A stretch of 64,000 bases of DNA, taken from an uncultured Candidatus Saccharibacteria bacterium. Lineage in GTDB: Bacteria > Patescibacteriota > Saccharimonadia > Saccharimonadales > UBA7683. The notes under the pieces were generated by a model that worked only from the letters and a program-made list of their open reading frames with translations, had not been told where the DNA came from and searched no databases. The position numbers and the translations under genes are program-made. Shown in pieces: positions 45,299-54,938 of this stretch (position 1 is its first letter; each line of letters opens with the position of its first letter). The DNA lies in contig CAYNKQ010000002.1 of NCBI GenBank assembly GCA_964397855.1, positions 3,884 to 67,883 on the forward strand, given 5' to 3'.

Positions 45299-47635
45299 TC
45301 AGTAAATTGGCGAGAGTTCTCGTGTATTAGAAGGTAGCGTCATTTGCTGCTCTTTCAGATTGGTAATTATTAATTCGCCATTTCGCTCAATTAACTCAGC
45401 AGAACACTCTTGAGTTTTTGCTATTATAGAATCGACTGTTGCACCAGAGACAAATGCCTTAGTTGTGAACGCACACTCGGCATTGGCTGCAGTATCGTTT
45501 GACCCAAGCGTTCCCTTGTTTCGTTTCCAGAGAATATTTCGAGCAAACAGTGAGCCATTAACCACAAGCTTTGAGTTACATGAGTCTGTCGCCATTTGTC
45601 CATCAGCTGGCCATTGACCTGGTGCTGCAACATTGCCAATTGAAGCCGACTGCCACACCATAGTGCTGCAGGTGTCAATGATTCCAGCGTTCGCAACACG
45701 GTCATAAGCAATATACGTACCCCTAATGTTAGTTGCTGACTGTTGAATATAGATATTGTCGGCAATAATTTTGAGCGAAGGAATCGCATTAAGTGCATAG
45801 GGTTCTTGGTAAGTAATATTGCCACTAATTATCACCGTACCATTCACGACCAACGTTTTTTGACCACTTACAACCGTAGTTGCGCCGATACTTACGTTAC
45901 CCGCAACTTCCCTGTAGCCACTTCCCGCACTTAAGAATGCACCTAGAGGATCCGAAGACGTATTAGGGCTCCCCGAGGGCTTAACGTTTATGCAGGGTAG
46001 TGTTACGGCGATCGACTCATCTTCGGTGTCCCCGTAATAGTAACCAAATGATTTGTTAAGACGAATAACGTTGGCAAATAACGCGTCCTTCTTCTGGGGG
46101 TTACTTATGCCAGACCTGTTTGCATAACTATAATTACCCAGAAAAGTGTTCGGAATTGCACTTTCGTCTTCGTTACCACCAATAGCACCACTTGCAAATA
46201 CAGCATACTGCGTGGCAGATGAACCCATCGAAGCCGTTGGTGCTACGGCAGGATAACCATTCGTACGAACTGCGGCGTTACGAGCCGCCCCAGTCGGTAC
46301 GTTGCATATACCAGTATTTGTGAACATAGCCCCGCTAACCACATCGCCGCCAGAAGAAGTTATATATGGACGATTCTCTCTTATGTGAATTTTTTTCATA
46401 CAATCAGTACCGATCTTTGTAATTGCGCCTTCTCGTAAGATTCGCCACTTAAAGTCTTTGGGGCCAGATGAGACTGTCGGTGAAACAGTGAAGTTTCGGG
46501 TAAATTCACCCGTATCTCTGCCGGAACGCAGAACATTCCCGCCCACGGGATTACCGGGCATAACTATTCGTGCCGCATTTGGAGCTGGCGGAGATTCCGA
46601 GCCCCAATACCGAACATCACCCACTGTACCCAGTCGTACCGCATTTGCTCCATCAAGCGTCCAATCTACAGATCCAGTGTTCGCCACATTAAACGTCGCG
46701 TTAAATGATTCTCCCGGATTCATGTACACGACATCGTTTGCACCAATAGTAATTCCGTTGATTTTACGGACAGCACATTGCCCATTATACCTAGGATCAA
46801 CCTGTACTTTTATTCTCAATTTTATATTTTCTGTCTGGCATCTACCTGATGAACCGTTCATATCTCCGGCAGGAATGTATGTTTTCGCAACAGGATCATA
46901 TCCATTTGCAGTACACCAGAAATTCCCGCCACCAAATGGGAATTCATTGACACCTAGTATCGTGAGGTTTACCTCGAGGTTATAGGGATCTGCTTGCGCA
47001 GCCAACGTACTAAGACCGTTCACGGAAAACTCACGATAAATTGGGCTGCTAGCAGGATAGGCCCGGTTGTCACCTGGATTATAGCCCTTAACGTAGCGTT
47101 GATTAAAGAAGTATGCCTGATTAGTATTTAGCTCAAGTCCGTTGTCTGGGCCCACTATTTGATCTGTCACGACAGTGGGGGTAGCACCTGGGTTTATCGG
47201 GCTACCACTAGAATTCACAAATCTTGCCGTAGCAACAGTTGCATGGAACTTCGTCTTCTTTAAGGATTTGTCAGTTACTACCCCAGTAGTATTACTAATT
47301 ATCCTGTCACAGAAATTTGCAACAGTATTTAACCATAATCTAACAGAAGGGGTGCCCTGATTAATTGAAACTGTGTATTCGTCATTATCTCCTGCTACAG
47401 AGAGCCACTTGTGTCCAGCTGTATTGTACTTAATTGATCCCGTCCCGCATTGCTCAATACCACCCGTACCGCCACGAGTCTGACCCCAGTCACCTTCAAG
47501 TATATCTGTGAATGCCTTCGGGACATTTTCATCGTTTTCTATTACCGCCATAGCCGTTACACTAGTTGCAATAAATAAAATAAGTACCAGCATTAACGCT
47601 TGCGAGATTTTTTGCAAGAGATTTTTTTTGTTCAC
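45299..47635 (-). CDS. Large secreted/anchored protein of unknown function, upstream of and co-directional with pilM
   Basis: 778 aa. Signal anchor LMLVLILFIATSVTAMA. Mid-region resembles an Ig-like (NBR1-type) domain: NPGESFNATFNVANTGSVDWTL. C-terminal beta-helix-like repeats: LVVNGTVIISGNITY ... KLVVNGSLFARNI. 12 Cys. Confidence 0.65.
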   Translation of the reverse strand: MNKKNLLQKISQALMLVLILFIATSVTAMAVIENDENVPKAFTDILEGDWGQTRGGTGGIEQCGTGSIKYNTAGHKWLSVAGDNDEYTVSINQGTPSVRLWLNTVANFCDRIISNTTGVVTDKSLKKTKFHATVATARFVNSSGSPINPGATPTVVTDQIVGPDNGLELNTNQAYFFNQRYVKGYNPGDNRAYPASSPIYREFSVNGLSTLAAQADPYNLEVNLTILGVNEFPFGGGNFWCTANGYDPVAKTYIPAGDMNGSSGRCQTENIKLRIKVQVDPRYNGQCAVRKINGITIGANDVVYMNPGESFNATFNVANTGSVDWTLDGANAVRLGTVGDVRYWGSESPPAPNAARIVMPGNPVGGNVLRSGRDTGEFTRNFTVSPTVSSGPKDFKWRILREGAITKIGTDCMKKIHIRENRPYITSSGGDVVSGAMFTNTGICNVPTGAARNAAVRTNGYPAVAPTASMGSSATQYAVFASGAIGGNEDESAIPNTFLGNYSYANRSGISNPQKKDALFANVIRLNKSFGYYYGDTEDESIAVTLPCINVKPSGSPNTSSDPLGAFLSAGSGYREVAGNVSIGATTVVSGQKTLVVNGTVIISGNITYQEPYALNAIPSLKIIADNIYIQQSATNIRGTYIAYDRVANAGIIDTCSTMVWQSASIGNVAAPGQWPADGQMATDSCNSKLVVNGSLFARNILWKRNKGTLGSNDTAANAECAFTTKAFVSGATVDSIIAKTQECSAELIERNGELIITNLKEQQMTLPSNTRELSPIY

Positions 47636-48159
47636 CGAATGCCCCTTACGTCCCCGCCCGTGATGTTGATGGTCTCTTTAAGTTGTAGTGATCGCCCCAG
47701 CTGCTGCTTGGTTTCTGTGATGTTCTTAATGCCCGCCTCCCGGTAGACTGCGACAAACTCCTTCTTTTTTGCGAATGCCACCTCTAGCATTCTGTAGTGG
47801 CCTTGAGCTTCGTCAAAATTATTACCATAAATATCACTCTGCACAACTGCATACAAGCAGCTCGGATCTTCTTTATACTTCTGTTGTTTTATTTTTTCAG
47901 CGAGTACGTTTAAACCAGGCCCAGATCCTTCCTTCGTAACCGCTACTACGTCTGTATAAATCTGATTGTTTTTCCCGTCACAAATTGTTCTAGCAAATAG
48001 CTCTTCCTTGTTGAGATACAATGCTCCAGCGATGGCCAGTAACATCACAATAACGACTGGTATAACAGCCAGCTTCTTACGTTTGTCACCCACGCCACCA
48101 GAACCTATAACCACTCCAGCAAAATTAGACGATTTTGCACTGCTACTACGCTTATTCAT
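47632..48159 (-). CDS. Single-TM hypothetical protein, translationally coupled to the 778-aa gene
   Basis: 175 aa. TM LAVIPVVIVMLLAIAGALYL. 4-nt overlap with the downstream gene. Confidence 0.55.
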   Translation of the reverse strand: MNKRSSSAKSSNFAGVVIGSGGVGDKRKKLAVIPVVIVMLLAIAGALYLNKEELFARTICDGKNNQIYTDVVAVTKEGSGPGLNVLAEKIKQQKYKEDPSCLYAVVQSDIYGNNFDEAQGHYRMLEVAFAKKKEFVAVYREAGIKNITETKQQLGRSLQLKETINITGGDVRGIR

Positions 48160-48240
48160 ACCAACAGAGTATAAAGCACTTACGCTTATTATTGAAGTGG
48201 TTACATAAACTAAGGTAGATCGTCGTACAGTGACCTTCGG

Positions 48241-48813
48241 CTAAATAGCAGCTTTTATCGCAGCTACATATAACGGATTAGTGACATCATGTGCGACCCC
48301 ACTTACACAGACCAGACTACTGCCACTAATGTTATTGTGCGCGATCCTACTCCGCCTACCAATGAGCGGATATCTCCGAGCCTCAAGCGCGCCATACACT
48401 ATAAGTGTTTTACAGAGTATTTTTGAAGCAAGTTCATTAAAGTCCAGCTGTCTGAAATATTCTGTTCGGCGCTTGCCAATATAGTTGAGCCATGCTTGTT
48501 TCACCTCTGGGATGTCGTCTGAAAAGTATGGCGAAAGTGAAAACAACCAGAGCTCTGACGGGTTTCTTTTTGAAGCGGAGACAAAGGCAGTCATTGAGCC
48601 ATACGAAAAGCCGGCAAGAATAGTCTCTGCTGGATTATGTTCCGAATACACTTCGTCCAGCTGCTCTACCCAGTCACTCAAAATCGTGCGTTTCCAGTTA
48701 ATATCCACAAATACAACCTCATAGCCCTTGGCCTTAATGGCATCAACAGTGGATCTATAGTTACGAGACGTAAAACTCTCTTGAAAGCCCGGTACAAATA
48801 GAACTGTTTTCAT
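48241..48813 (-). CDS. Alpha/beta-hydrolase (YdeN/RBBP9-like serine hydrolase)
   Basis: 190 aa. MKTVLFVPGF, nucleophile elbow GFSYGS, C-terminal GVAHD. Confidence 0.7.
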   Translation of the reverse strand: MKTVLFVPGFQESFTSRNYRSTVDAIKAKGYEVVFVDINWKRTILSDWVEQLDEVYSEHNPAETILAGFSYGSMTAFVSASKRNPSELWLFSLSPYFSDDIPEVKQAWLNYIGKRRTEYFRQLDFNELASKILCKTLIVYGALEARRYPLIGRRSRIAHNNISGSSLVCVSGVAHDVTNPLYVAAIKAAI

Positions 48814-48900
48814 GGTTAAAGTTTACTCTGTTATCTGTTGGAATGCCAGATTCTAGCTTATCCACTGCCGCAAAATAAATCTACTCAAAATTGGCGGTTA

Positions 48901-49623
48901 CTAGCTCAGCTTAAAAACGAAAAGTGCATCAGGATAATTTGGCTGTGAATCTGGAAATTCAAATACCCCCGGACCAGGGCCGCTAGCTATATTGCCATCC
49001 TTTATATAGATAGTTGAGGGTAAAATTGCTATAGCTGTATCTGACACCTCTTTATCAGTCACATAATGCGAATTTTCATGTCCATAAGCAGGTAGAACCG
49101 CACCAACTAATGAAACGTCTTCTAAAGCAAATAGTTCCGCAGCCCAGTGGGTATAGTTGTTGGCGATAACGAATGCGCCCGGCTTTAGAACTTGTTCTAA
49201 CATAGCCGCTGTCGGTTCGCCATAACTATTTAACGCCACAATTACGTCGGCTTTTTCATCAGGGACATAGTCCTCAATCCGCATCTGCTCAACAAGATAA
49301 CCTGAGACTTCTAATGCTTCACACGCCTCTTCACTTGGATCAACGTGCACCACCCGTTCTTTACCAAAAACTCTCGCAACACCTACATGCGTAGAGCTAC
49401 CAGGGTAGACAACCTTTGATCCATCAGCTATACCAAGCCTCTCTTTTAAATCCCTGATGGTTTTAACAAAATCATCTTCTTTGTCGCCGAATGTTTCTAA
49501 CCCCGCACCCACTGATTTACGGACGAGTAACTCCAGTGCACGACCGGCAGCTGTCGTCTCATTACCGCCTTTAGTTTCAGGAGTACTCCCTGGCTCTTTT
49601 TTTGATACTTTTCTGAATCTCAT
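48901..49623 (-). CDS. Hypothetical protein with weak class-I methyltransferase-like topology
   Basis: 240 aa. VVYPGSSTHVGV ... VVHVDPS ... DVIVALNSYG ... LKPGAFVIANN. Confidence 0.5.
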   Translation of the reverse strand: MRFRKVSKKEPGSTPETKGGNETTAAGRALELLVRKSVGAGLETFGDKEDDFVKTIRDLKERLGIADGSKVVYPGSSTHVGVARVFGKERVVHVDPSEEACEALEVSGYLVEQMRIEDYVPDEKADVIVALNSYGEPTAAMLEQVLKPGAFVIANNYTHWAAELFALEDVSLVGAVLPAYGHENSHYVTDKEVSDTAIAILPSTIYIKDGNIASGPGPGVFEFPDSQPNYPDALFVFKLS

Positions 49624-49689
49624 ATTTTGATTCTATGTCTACTATTTATACGTTAGCAAAAAATTGCTATTTTGTCAATAGTTCTTATC

Positions 49690-49698
49690 TGTTATAAT
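49690..49698 (+). promoter_or_regulatory. Extended -10 promoter (TGtTATAAT) 7 nt upstream of the ychF ATG (leaderless arrangement)
   Basis: TGTTATAATgtagtttATG (49690-49708). TTGTCA at 49672-49677 is only 15 nt upstream. Confidence 0.45.
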
Positions 49699-49705
49699 GT
49701 AGTTT

Positions 49706-50809
49706 ATGAGTTCACTTCAAATAGGAATCGTAGGCCTACCAAACGTAGGCAAGTCAACACTGTTTAATGCGCTGACTAAAAATGATATTTTGGCGGCTAA
49801 TTATCCGTTTGCGACTATTGAGCCAAATACGGGCATTGTTCCAGTACCGGACGAAAGACTTAAGAAACTAAGTGATATGTATAATGGCGCACCTATCGTA
49901 CCCGCCACAGTCACCTTTCTTGATATTGCAGGGCTTGTGGCTGGCGCAAGTAAAGGCGAGGGTCTCGGAAATAAATTCTTGGCTAATATTCGTGAATCCG
50001 ACGCGATACTTCATATTGTTCGAGCTTTTGAAAACAACGATATTGTACATGTGCATGAGGCGGTTCACCCGAAGAATGATATTGAGATTATTAATACCGA
50101 ATTGATCTTGGCCGATCTTCAGACTATTGAAAAAACACTGCCGCGGTTTGCAAAAGAGGCCAAAGCTAATCCCAAGGCAAAGCCAACAGTTGAGTTACTT
50201 AGTCAGATACAATCAATCTTGGAATCTGGAAATTTAGCTGCTCTGACAGAGCTCGTTAATAGATTAGATCCCGGATCAGAGTCCGGGATGACGCTTCGCT
50301 CACTACAGTTGATTACAACAAAACCTGTAATTTATGTGTTCAACATTGATGAAGAAAATCTTACAAACACAGATAAAAAAGAAGAGCTCACCAAGCTTGT
50401 TGCACCAGCACGGGCGCTGTTTGTAAATGCGCAACTTGAGGCAGAGCTAAAAGATATGAACGACAACGAAGCACTAGAAATGCTAGAAAGCTACGGCCAA
50501 ACAGAATCAGGTCTTACTCAAATCATTCACGCAGCCTACAGCACACTGGGCCTACAAAGCTACCTCACCTCTGGAGGGAAAGAAGTTCGTGCCTGGACAA
50601 TTAAACAAGGGTACACTGCACCGCAAGCTGCGGGCGTCATTCATGGTGACTTTGAACGTGGTTTTATAGCGGCAGAAATAGTTCATTGTGATGATTTACT
50701 TGAAGCCGGCTCCCTTACCGCCGCAAAGTCTGCTGGCAAAGTTCGTACTGAAGGCAAGTCCTACGTTATGCAACCAGATGACGTTGTGGAGTTTCGTTTC
50801 AACGTGTAG
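49706..50809 (+). CDS. ychF: Ribosome-binding ATPase YchF
   Basis: 367 aa. IGIVGLPNVGKSTLFNALT, NYPFATIEPN, DIAGLVAGASKGEGLGN, C-terminal TGS-like domain. Confidence 0.93.
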   Translation: MSSLQIGIVGLPNVGKSTLFNALTKNDILAANYPFATIEPNTGIVPVPDERLKKLSDMYNGAPIVPATVTFLDIAGLVAGASKGEGLGNKFLANIRESDAILHIVRAFENNDIVHVHEAVHPKNDIEIINTELILADLQTIEKTLPRFAKEAKANPKAKPTVELLSQIQSILESGNLAALTELVNRLDPGSESGMTLRSLQLITTKPVIYVFNIDEENLTNTDKKEELTKLVAPARALFVNAQLEAELKDMNDNEALEMLESYGQTESGLTQIIHAAYSTLGLQSYLTSGGKEVRAWTIKQGYTAPQAAGVIHGDFERGFIAAEIVHCDDLLEAGSLTAAKSAGKVRTEGKSYVMQPDDVVEFRFNV

Positions 50810-50856
50810 ATATTGTGGATAGCGCAATGCGGGAGGGACTCGCCAACTGCGTGACT

Positions 50857-51489
50857 CTATCTTTCTTGAGTTTCAAGTTCAAGTACTTGACGGCCTGTTT
50901 TGCTCGACATTGTAAGTGTGTCAACAAATCGTATCGCCCGTCTCCAGCGATCAATCCGTTCGTTTAGGTAACGATCTAAATGCTGCGAATCCTGACCAGG
51001 CAGCCTCTGTTGGGTTCGGGGGATGGAGGAAGTTTGCCGCATGGAATCACCAGGATGTTCAAGTTCTAAGGGAACCCATTCCTCGCTAACACTTTTGGAG
51101 GGGCCATCTTGAGCCTCAAACATCTTTTGCTGCACAAACTGAGCAAGTGTTCGAAGTTCGTTCTTGTACCAGGAACGGAATTGAAGTTCGCGACCCGCAA
51201 AGAAGAATCGTACTGAAGAAGCAAACGCCTGCTGACTATACTTGACCTCTTTGATTGAATTAAATCGTATATCTTCAAATGAAAGTCTCATCCACTTTTT
51301 GTCTACAAGCAATAAGCGCTTCGAGGTAACGCAGAGGATAGCCGTTCCCGCTACGTAAAATCCGCTTATTACGCCGAGCACTTGTTCGTCTGGCATGAGT
51401 AACTTTGGCAATTCAGCCATTTCCCACCTACTAAAGAAATTGAGGCGCTTAATTTTCTTCGGCGAATTTCTAAAGTTATTTCGGACCAT
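50857..51489 (-). CDS. Bacterial PH-domain (YokE-like) protein
   Basis: 210 aa. LLMPDEQVLGVISGFYVAGTAILCVTSKRLLLVDKKWMRLSFEDIRFNSIKEV. SD GGGAG 6 nt upstream of the ATG. Confidence 0.6.
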   Translation of the reverse strand: MVRNNFRNSPKKIKRLNFFSRWEMAELPKLLMPDEQVLGVISGFYVAGTAILCVTSKRLLLVDKKWMRLSFEDIRFNSIKEVKYSQQAFASSVRFFFAGRELQFRSWYKNELRTLAQFVQQKMFEAQDGPSKSVSEEWVPLELEHPGDSMRQTSSIPRTQQRLPGQDSQHLDRYLNERIDRWRRAIRFVDTLTMSSKTGRQVLELETQER

Positions 51490-51574
51490 CTTGTACTCCC
51501 ATCCACCAAACTAACAGATGTTATATTCTATGTCTCTTGGTACTTTTAGTATAGATCGGCGAATATTTTGTAGC

Positions 51575-51613
51575 TGTGTTCAAGCGCACAGTTTCATAGT
51601 GATAATTGTCACA
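51575..51613. promoter_or_regulatory. Two CRP/FNR-type palindromes (TGTG-N8-CACA) upstream of the Crp-family gene
   Basis: TGTGttcaagcgCACA (51575-51590) and aGTGAtaattgTCACA (51598-51613). Centres are 23 bp apart, 13-75 bp upstream of the candidate starts. Confidence 0.45.
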
Positions 51614-51625
51614 GCAATTCCGTAA

Positions 51626-52318
51626 ATGCTCATGGTTGGTGAACTTATCTTAATATGTCATAATTACAGCATGCTAGCCGATAAAGCCGCGCAAGAACAG
51701 TTAGTTTCCTTTTTTCATACAGGCACCAAGCTCAGTTACAAAAAAGGAGAGTCTATTGTTCGCTCTGGCGACGAGCCCCACGGCATCTACTACATTACTG
51801 AAGGCTTCGTAAAAGCCTATGCGATTACAAAATATGGCGAAGAAAATGCATTGATTGTACGCCAAAAGAAGGATCTCTTCCCTCTTATTTGGGCCTTCAC
51901 CGGATTACACCGAGACATTACTTATGAGGCTATGAGCGACACAACCTTGTGGCGTGTTGCCCGTAGTGAGTTCTTGGAATACTTAAAAAAGAACGAGCAC
52001 GTTGTGCCAGTTCTGCTCGACATGGCAATAGAAGCCTACCGCCTACACTCAGAGCGTGTAAACACACTTGAATACCGCACAGTTCGTGAGCGATTAGCCA
52101 GCTTCTTGCTCACACACGTAGAGCGATTCGGTAGTATGGGCGAAAAAGGTATGTCACTGAGCGCACCAATTAGAAGGGCCGATATTGCTGCTTCAATCAA
52201 CGCGTCCAGAGAAAGTACCAGTCGTGAACTTTCCGCGCTTCAACGTGGTGGCTATATTGATCTGACAACTCCATTTATTGAAATTGTCGACACAGAAAAG
52301 CTCAAAGAACTACTTTGA
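51626..52318 (+). CDS. Crp/Fnr-family transcriptional regulator
   Basis: cNMP-binding-like barrel (GESIVRSGDEPHGIYYITEGFVKAY). C-terminal HTH RERLASFLL...RADIAASINASRESTSRELSALQRGGYI. ATG 51671 (MLADKAAQ) is an alternative start. Confidence 0.8.
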   Translation: MLMVGELILICHNYSMLADKAAQEQLVSFFHTGTKLSYKKGESIVRSGDEPHGIYYITEGFVKAYAITKYGEENALIVRQKKDLFPLIWAFTGLHRDITYEAMSDTTLWRVARSEFLEYLKKNEHVVPVLLDMAIEAYRLHSERVNTLEYRTVRERLASFLLTHVERFGSMGEKGMSLSAPIRRADIAASINASRESTSRELSALQRGGYIDLTTPFIEIVDTEKLKELL

Positions 52319-53029
52319 GGCCGTCAGTAAGTAGAATCGTTCGACATTACCGGTTTTACCAGCAATCGCACTGTCTGACTTCTTGGCAATAACAAATTTG
52401 TTCTGGCGACACCAGGCCTCAAAGCCTTGTAGAATATCTCTACGTTGAGCACTATTTTTAACCACACCTTTGTTTAACTGATCTTTACCAGCCTCAAATT
52501 GTGGCTTTAGCATTGCAACGATCTGACCGTTGGGCCTAACCAGATTGGCAACACTTGTAAGTACCATTGTCATCGAGATAAAACTAACATCAATCACGGC
52601 TATATCTGCTTTTTCTGCAGATATAAACTTACGAATATCAGTTTTTTCATGGAGCTCAACGCGTGGATCGGTTCGAAGGCGTGGATGCAGCTGATCTGTG
52701 CCTACATCAACTGCAATAACCTTCTTAGCTCCATGCTGCAATGCATAATCAGTAAATCCACCTGTGCTCGAACCAACGTCAAGCACCGTTTTCCCTTTAA
52801 ATGTGACCTTCAGCACGTCAGTAACCGAAGCCAACTTAAGTGCGGCTCGGCTAACGTACTGTTCTTTTGCGCCAAACTCGACTAAAGCAGCTTCACTCAC
52901 AAAATAGCCCGGCTTTGTAATAGCCTTGCCGTCCACCTTTACATGACCCATGCGAATATAGCTCTCAGCTTGAGAACGTGTTGGCACAAACTTCTTCTGA
53001 ACCAGAAGGTGGTCTAGTCGGTGCTTCAC
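52310..53029 (-). CDS. tlyA: TlyA-family rRNA 2'-O-methyltransferase (S4 plus FtsJ domains)
   Basis: 239 aa. RLDHLLVQKKFVPTRSQAESYIRMGHVKVDG, VLDVGSSTGGFTDYALQHGAKKVIAVDVG. Converges on and overlaps the crp-family stop by 9 nt. Confidence 0.88.
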   Translation of the reverse strand: MKHRLDHLLVQKKFVPTRSQAESYIRMGHVKVDGKAITKPGYFVSEAALVEFGAKEQYVSRAALKLASVTDVLKVTFKGKTVLDVGSSTGGFTDYALQHGAKKVIAVDVGTDQLHPRLRTDPRVELHEKTDIRKFISAEKADIAVIDVSFISMTMVLTSVANLVRPNGQIVAMLKPQFEAGKDQLNKGVVKNSAQRRDILQGFEAWCRQNKFVIAKKSDSAIAGKTGNVERFYLLTASK

Positions 53030-53032
53030 AGC

Positions 53033-53593
53033 TTAGTTCTTCTTGCGTTCTCTATAGGCGCCAGTTTCGGTATCAATACTGATAATATCGCCTTGTTTAA
53101 TAAAGGCTGGAACTTTGACCACCAATCCCGTCTCAACAGTTGCATCTTTAGTGATAGCGTTTGCGGTATCACCCTTAACAACATCTTCGGAGTAAGTTAC
53201 TTCCAGGTAAATATTCTTGGGGAGCTCTAGGTTGATGATCTGGCCATCAAACGACTGGAGGCCAATTGTATCACCCTCCTTAAGGTAAAACTTAGCATCT
53301 TCAGCAAGATCGAATGGCACAGAAAACTGTTCAAAGGATTCTGGATCCATAAAATGGTACTCGGTATCTGAATACAAATACTGTACATTCGCTGTGTTCA
53401 CGCTAGCTGGCTCAATTTTGTCTGCACCTTTAAAGGTTTTAGCAAGAACGCTGCCATCAATGAGATTTTTAATGCGAACGTTTACTATTGAGCCACCACG
53501 ACCCATCACCTTCTGGTTGTATTCAACAACCCGGAATGGCTTGCCGTCAATTTGAATTACGATACCTTTTTTAAGATCAGTTGGCTGATACAT
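53033..53593 (-). CDS. efp: Elongation factor P
   Basis: 186 aa. MYQPTDLKKGIVIQIDGKPFRVVEYNQKVMGRGGSIVNVRIKNL. Confidence 0.95.
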   Translation of the reverse strand: MYQPTDLKKGIVIQIDGKPFRVVEYNQKVMGRGGSIVNVRIKNLIDGSVLAKTFKGADKIEPASVNTANVQYLYSDTEYHFMDPESFEQFSVPFDLAEDAKFYLKEGDTIGLQSFDGQIINLELPKNIYLEVTYSEDVVKGDTANAITKDATVETGLVVKVPAFIKQGDIISIDTETGAYRERKKN

Positions 53594-53607
53594 GATGAGG
53601 TTTCTTT

Positions 53608-53802
53608 CTAGTTAGCTACAAATGGTAGTAACGCTAGGTGTCGAGCTCGCTTTACAGCTACCCCGAGTGCACGCTGCTGCTTAGCTGAAAGTCCTGTTTT
53701 AGTAGCGGGTTCGATTTGGCCAAACATGTTAACAAACTTCTGGATAGTTTTGATATCTTTGTAGTCGAAATATGTGATTTCTGGTTTTCTTTTTCCGTTC
53801 AT
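53608..53802 (-). CDS. rpsR: 30S ribosomal protein S18
   Basis: [50 protein letters not shown]. Confidence 0.93.
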   Translation of the reverse strand: MNGKRKPEITYFDYKDIKTIQKFVNMFGQIEPATKTGLSAKQQRALGVAVKRARHLALLPFVAN

Positions 53803-53902
53803 ACTGCTTTCCTTTCGTATGTCACTCCTACAGAAGTAGGAGTTTCTATTATCTTATTGGATCTTGAATCTAGTTCAGAACGACAGCCTCAAGCTGGGTT
53901 AC

Positions 53903-54373
53903 TTAAAATGGGATTTCTGAAAGATCAATCGGCTTGTCGTCGATATCTTCAATAATAACGTCTTCTTTTTTAGAACTCTTAGCTGGTGCACTACTTGAGC
54001 CTGAGCTTGAAGATCCGCCGCTAAATCCTGCACTATCACCTGCTCCACCGCCAACAAAGTTAAAGTCCTCAACAACAACCTCTACCTTGCTCCGCTTGTT
54101 ACCGTCTTGCTCCCAGCTGCGCTGGTCAAGTCGTCCGGAAACAAGAATTGGTCGACCTTTTTGAATATACTGAGCGATGATTTCACCAGTTTTACCCCAG
54201 GCCACACAATCAAAGAAGCTAGCTTGCTCTTGGTTTGTGCCATCTTGGCCTTTCCATGTACGACTGACCGCGAGGCTGAAATTAGTAACGCTCTGACCGC
54301 TTGGTGTCTGACGAGTTTCTGGGTCACGCGTGAGGTTACCCATCAAAATTACTTTGTTGAAGCCCTTTGCCAT
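53903..54373 (-). CDS. ssb: Single-stranded DNA-binding protein
   Basis: MAKGFNKVILMGNLTRDPETRQTPSGQSVTNFSLAV. Gly/Ser-rich linker. Acidic tail ...DDKPIDLSEIPF. Confidence 0.93.
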   Translation of the reverse strand: MAKGFNKVILMGNLTRDPETRQTPSGQSVTNFSLAVSRTWKGQDGTNQEQASFFDCVAWGKTGEIIAQYIQKGRPILVSGRLDQRSWEQDGNKRSKVEVVVEDFNFVGGGAGDSAGFSGGSSSSGSSSAPAKSSKKEDVIIEDIDDKPIDLSEIPF

Positions 54374-54375
54374 AT

Positions 54376-54726
54376 CTATTCCTCCTCTGAGTTAGAAACA
54401 GTTTCTGATTCCGCAACTTTTTCATCTGCTGCTGGTGCTTTTGGATCTTTTTCTACCATCAAGTAACGAATCACTTCGTCAGTGATGTTAAGAAGTGCCT
54501 GAATCTTATTGGCGCTTGCAGGTGCAACAGAAACTTCAAACAATACATACACCGCAAAATCCTGCTTTACGATTTGGTACGCGAGCTTCTTTTTACCCCA
54601 GTTATCTTTTTTGACAATCGTACCACCGTTATCGGCGATAATCTTTTCCACTTTTGTAAGTGGTTTTTCTAGATCAATCTCTAGGTCTGGGTGAAACAGT
54701 ACTGTTAATTCGTACAATTTTTCCAT
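54376..54726 (-). CDS. rpsF: 30S ribosomal protein S6
   Basis: I place the start at ATG 54726 (AAGGGG 7 nt upstream): MEKLYELTVLFHPDLE. rpsF-ssb-rpsR order. Confidence 0.9.
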   Translation of the reverse strand: MEKLYELTVLFHPDLEIDLEKPLTKVEKIIADNGGTIVKKDNWGKKKLAYQIVKQDFAVYVLFEVSVAPASANKIQALLNITDEVIRYLMVEKDPKAPAADEKVAESETVSNSEEE

Positions 54727-54938
54727 TAGTGAACCCCTTTCGGTCATCCGCTCTCACGAATGGCGTAATCTCACAAACTACGCTTGAGTTAATATTGTGA
54801 TCAAATTATACCAAATCTACCTCTGTTGGTCAATATCACAACTGAGAGCCTAAAATGTCCACATTCAGTACGCGTATTAATAGACAGTTGTGGTTTAATA
54901 GACATAAGTGAATTCGTAAATATTAGAAGGGTCATGAT

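Noticed and set aside
46458-46985. Long antisense ORFs inside large genes (also 57381-57989, 59092-59598, 63083-63595, 17796-18293, 15429-15734)
   Set aside because: Each lies opposite a confidently identified gene (the 778-aa protein, ftsK, the S8 peptidase, rnj, murT/miaA and the wHTH regulator). Their compositions are Ser/Pro/Arg-rich, as is typical of antisense frames.
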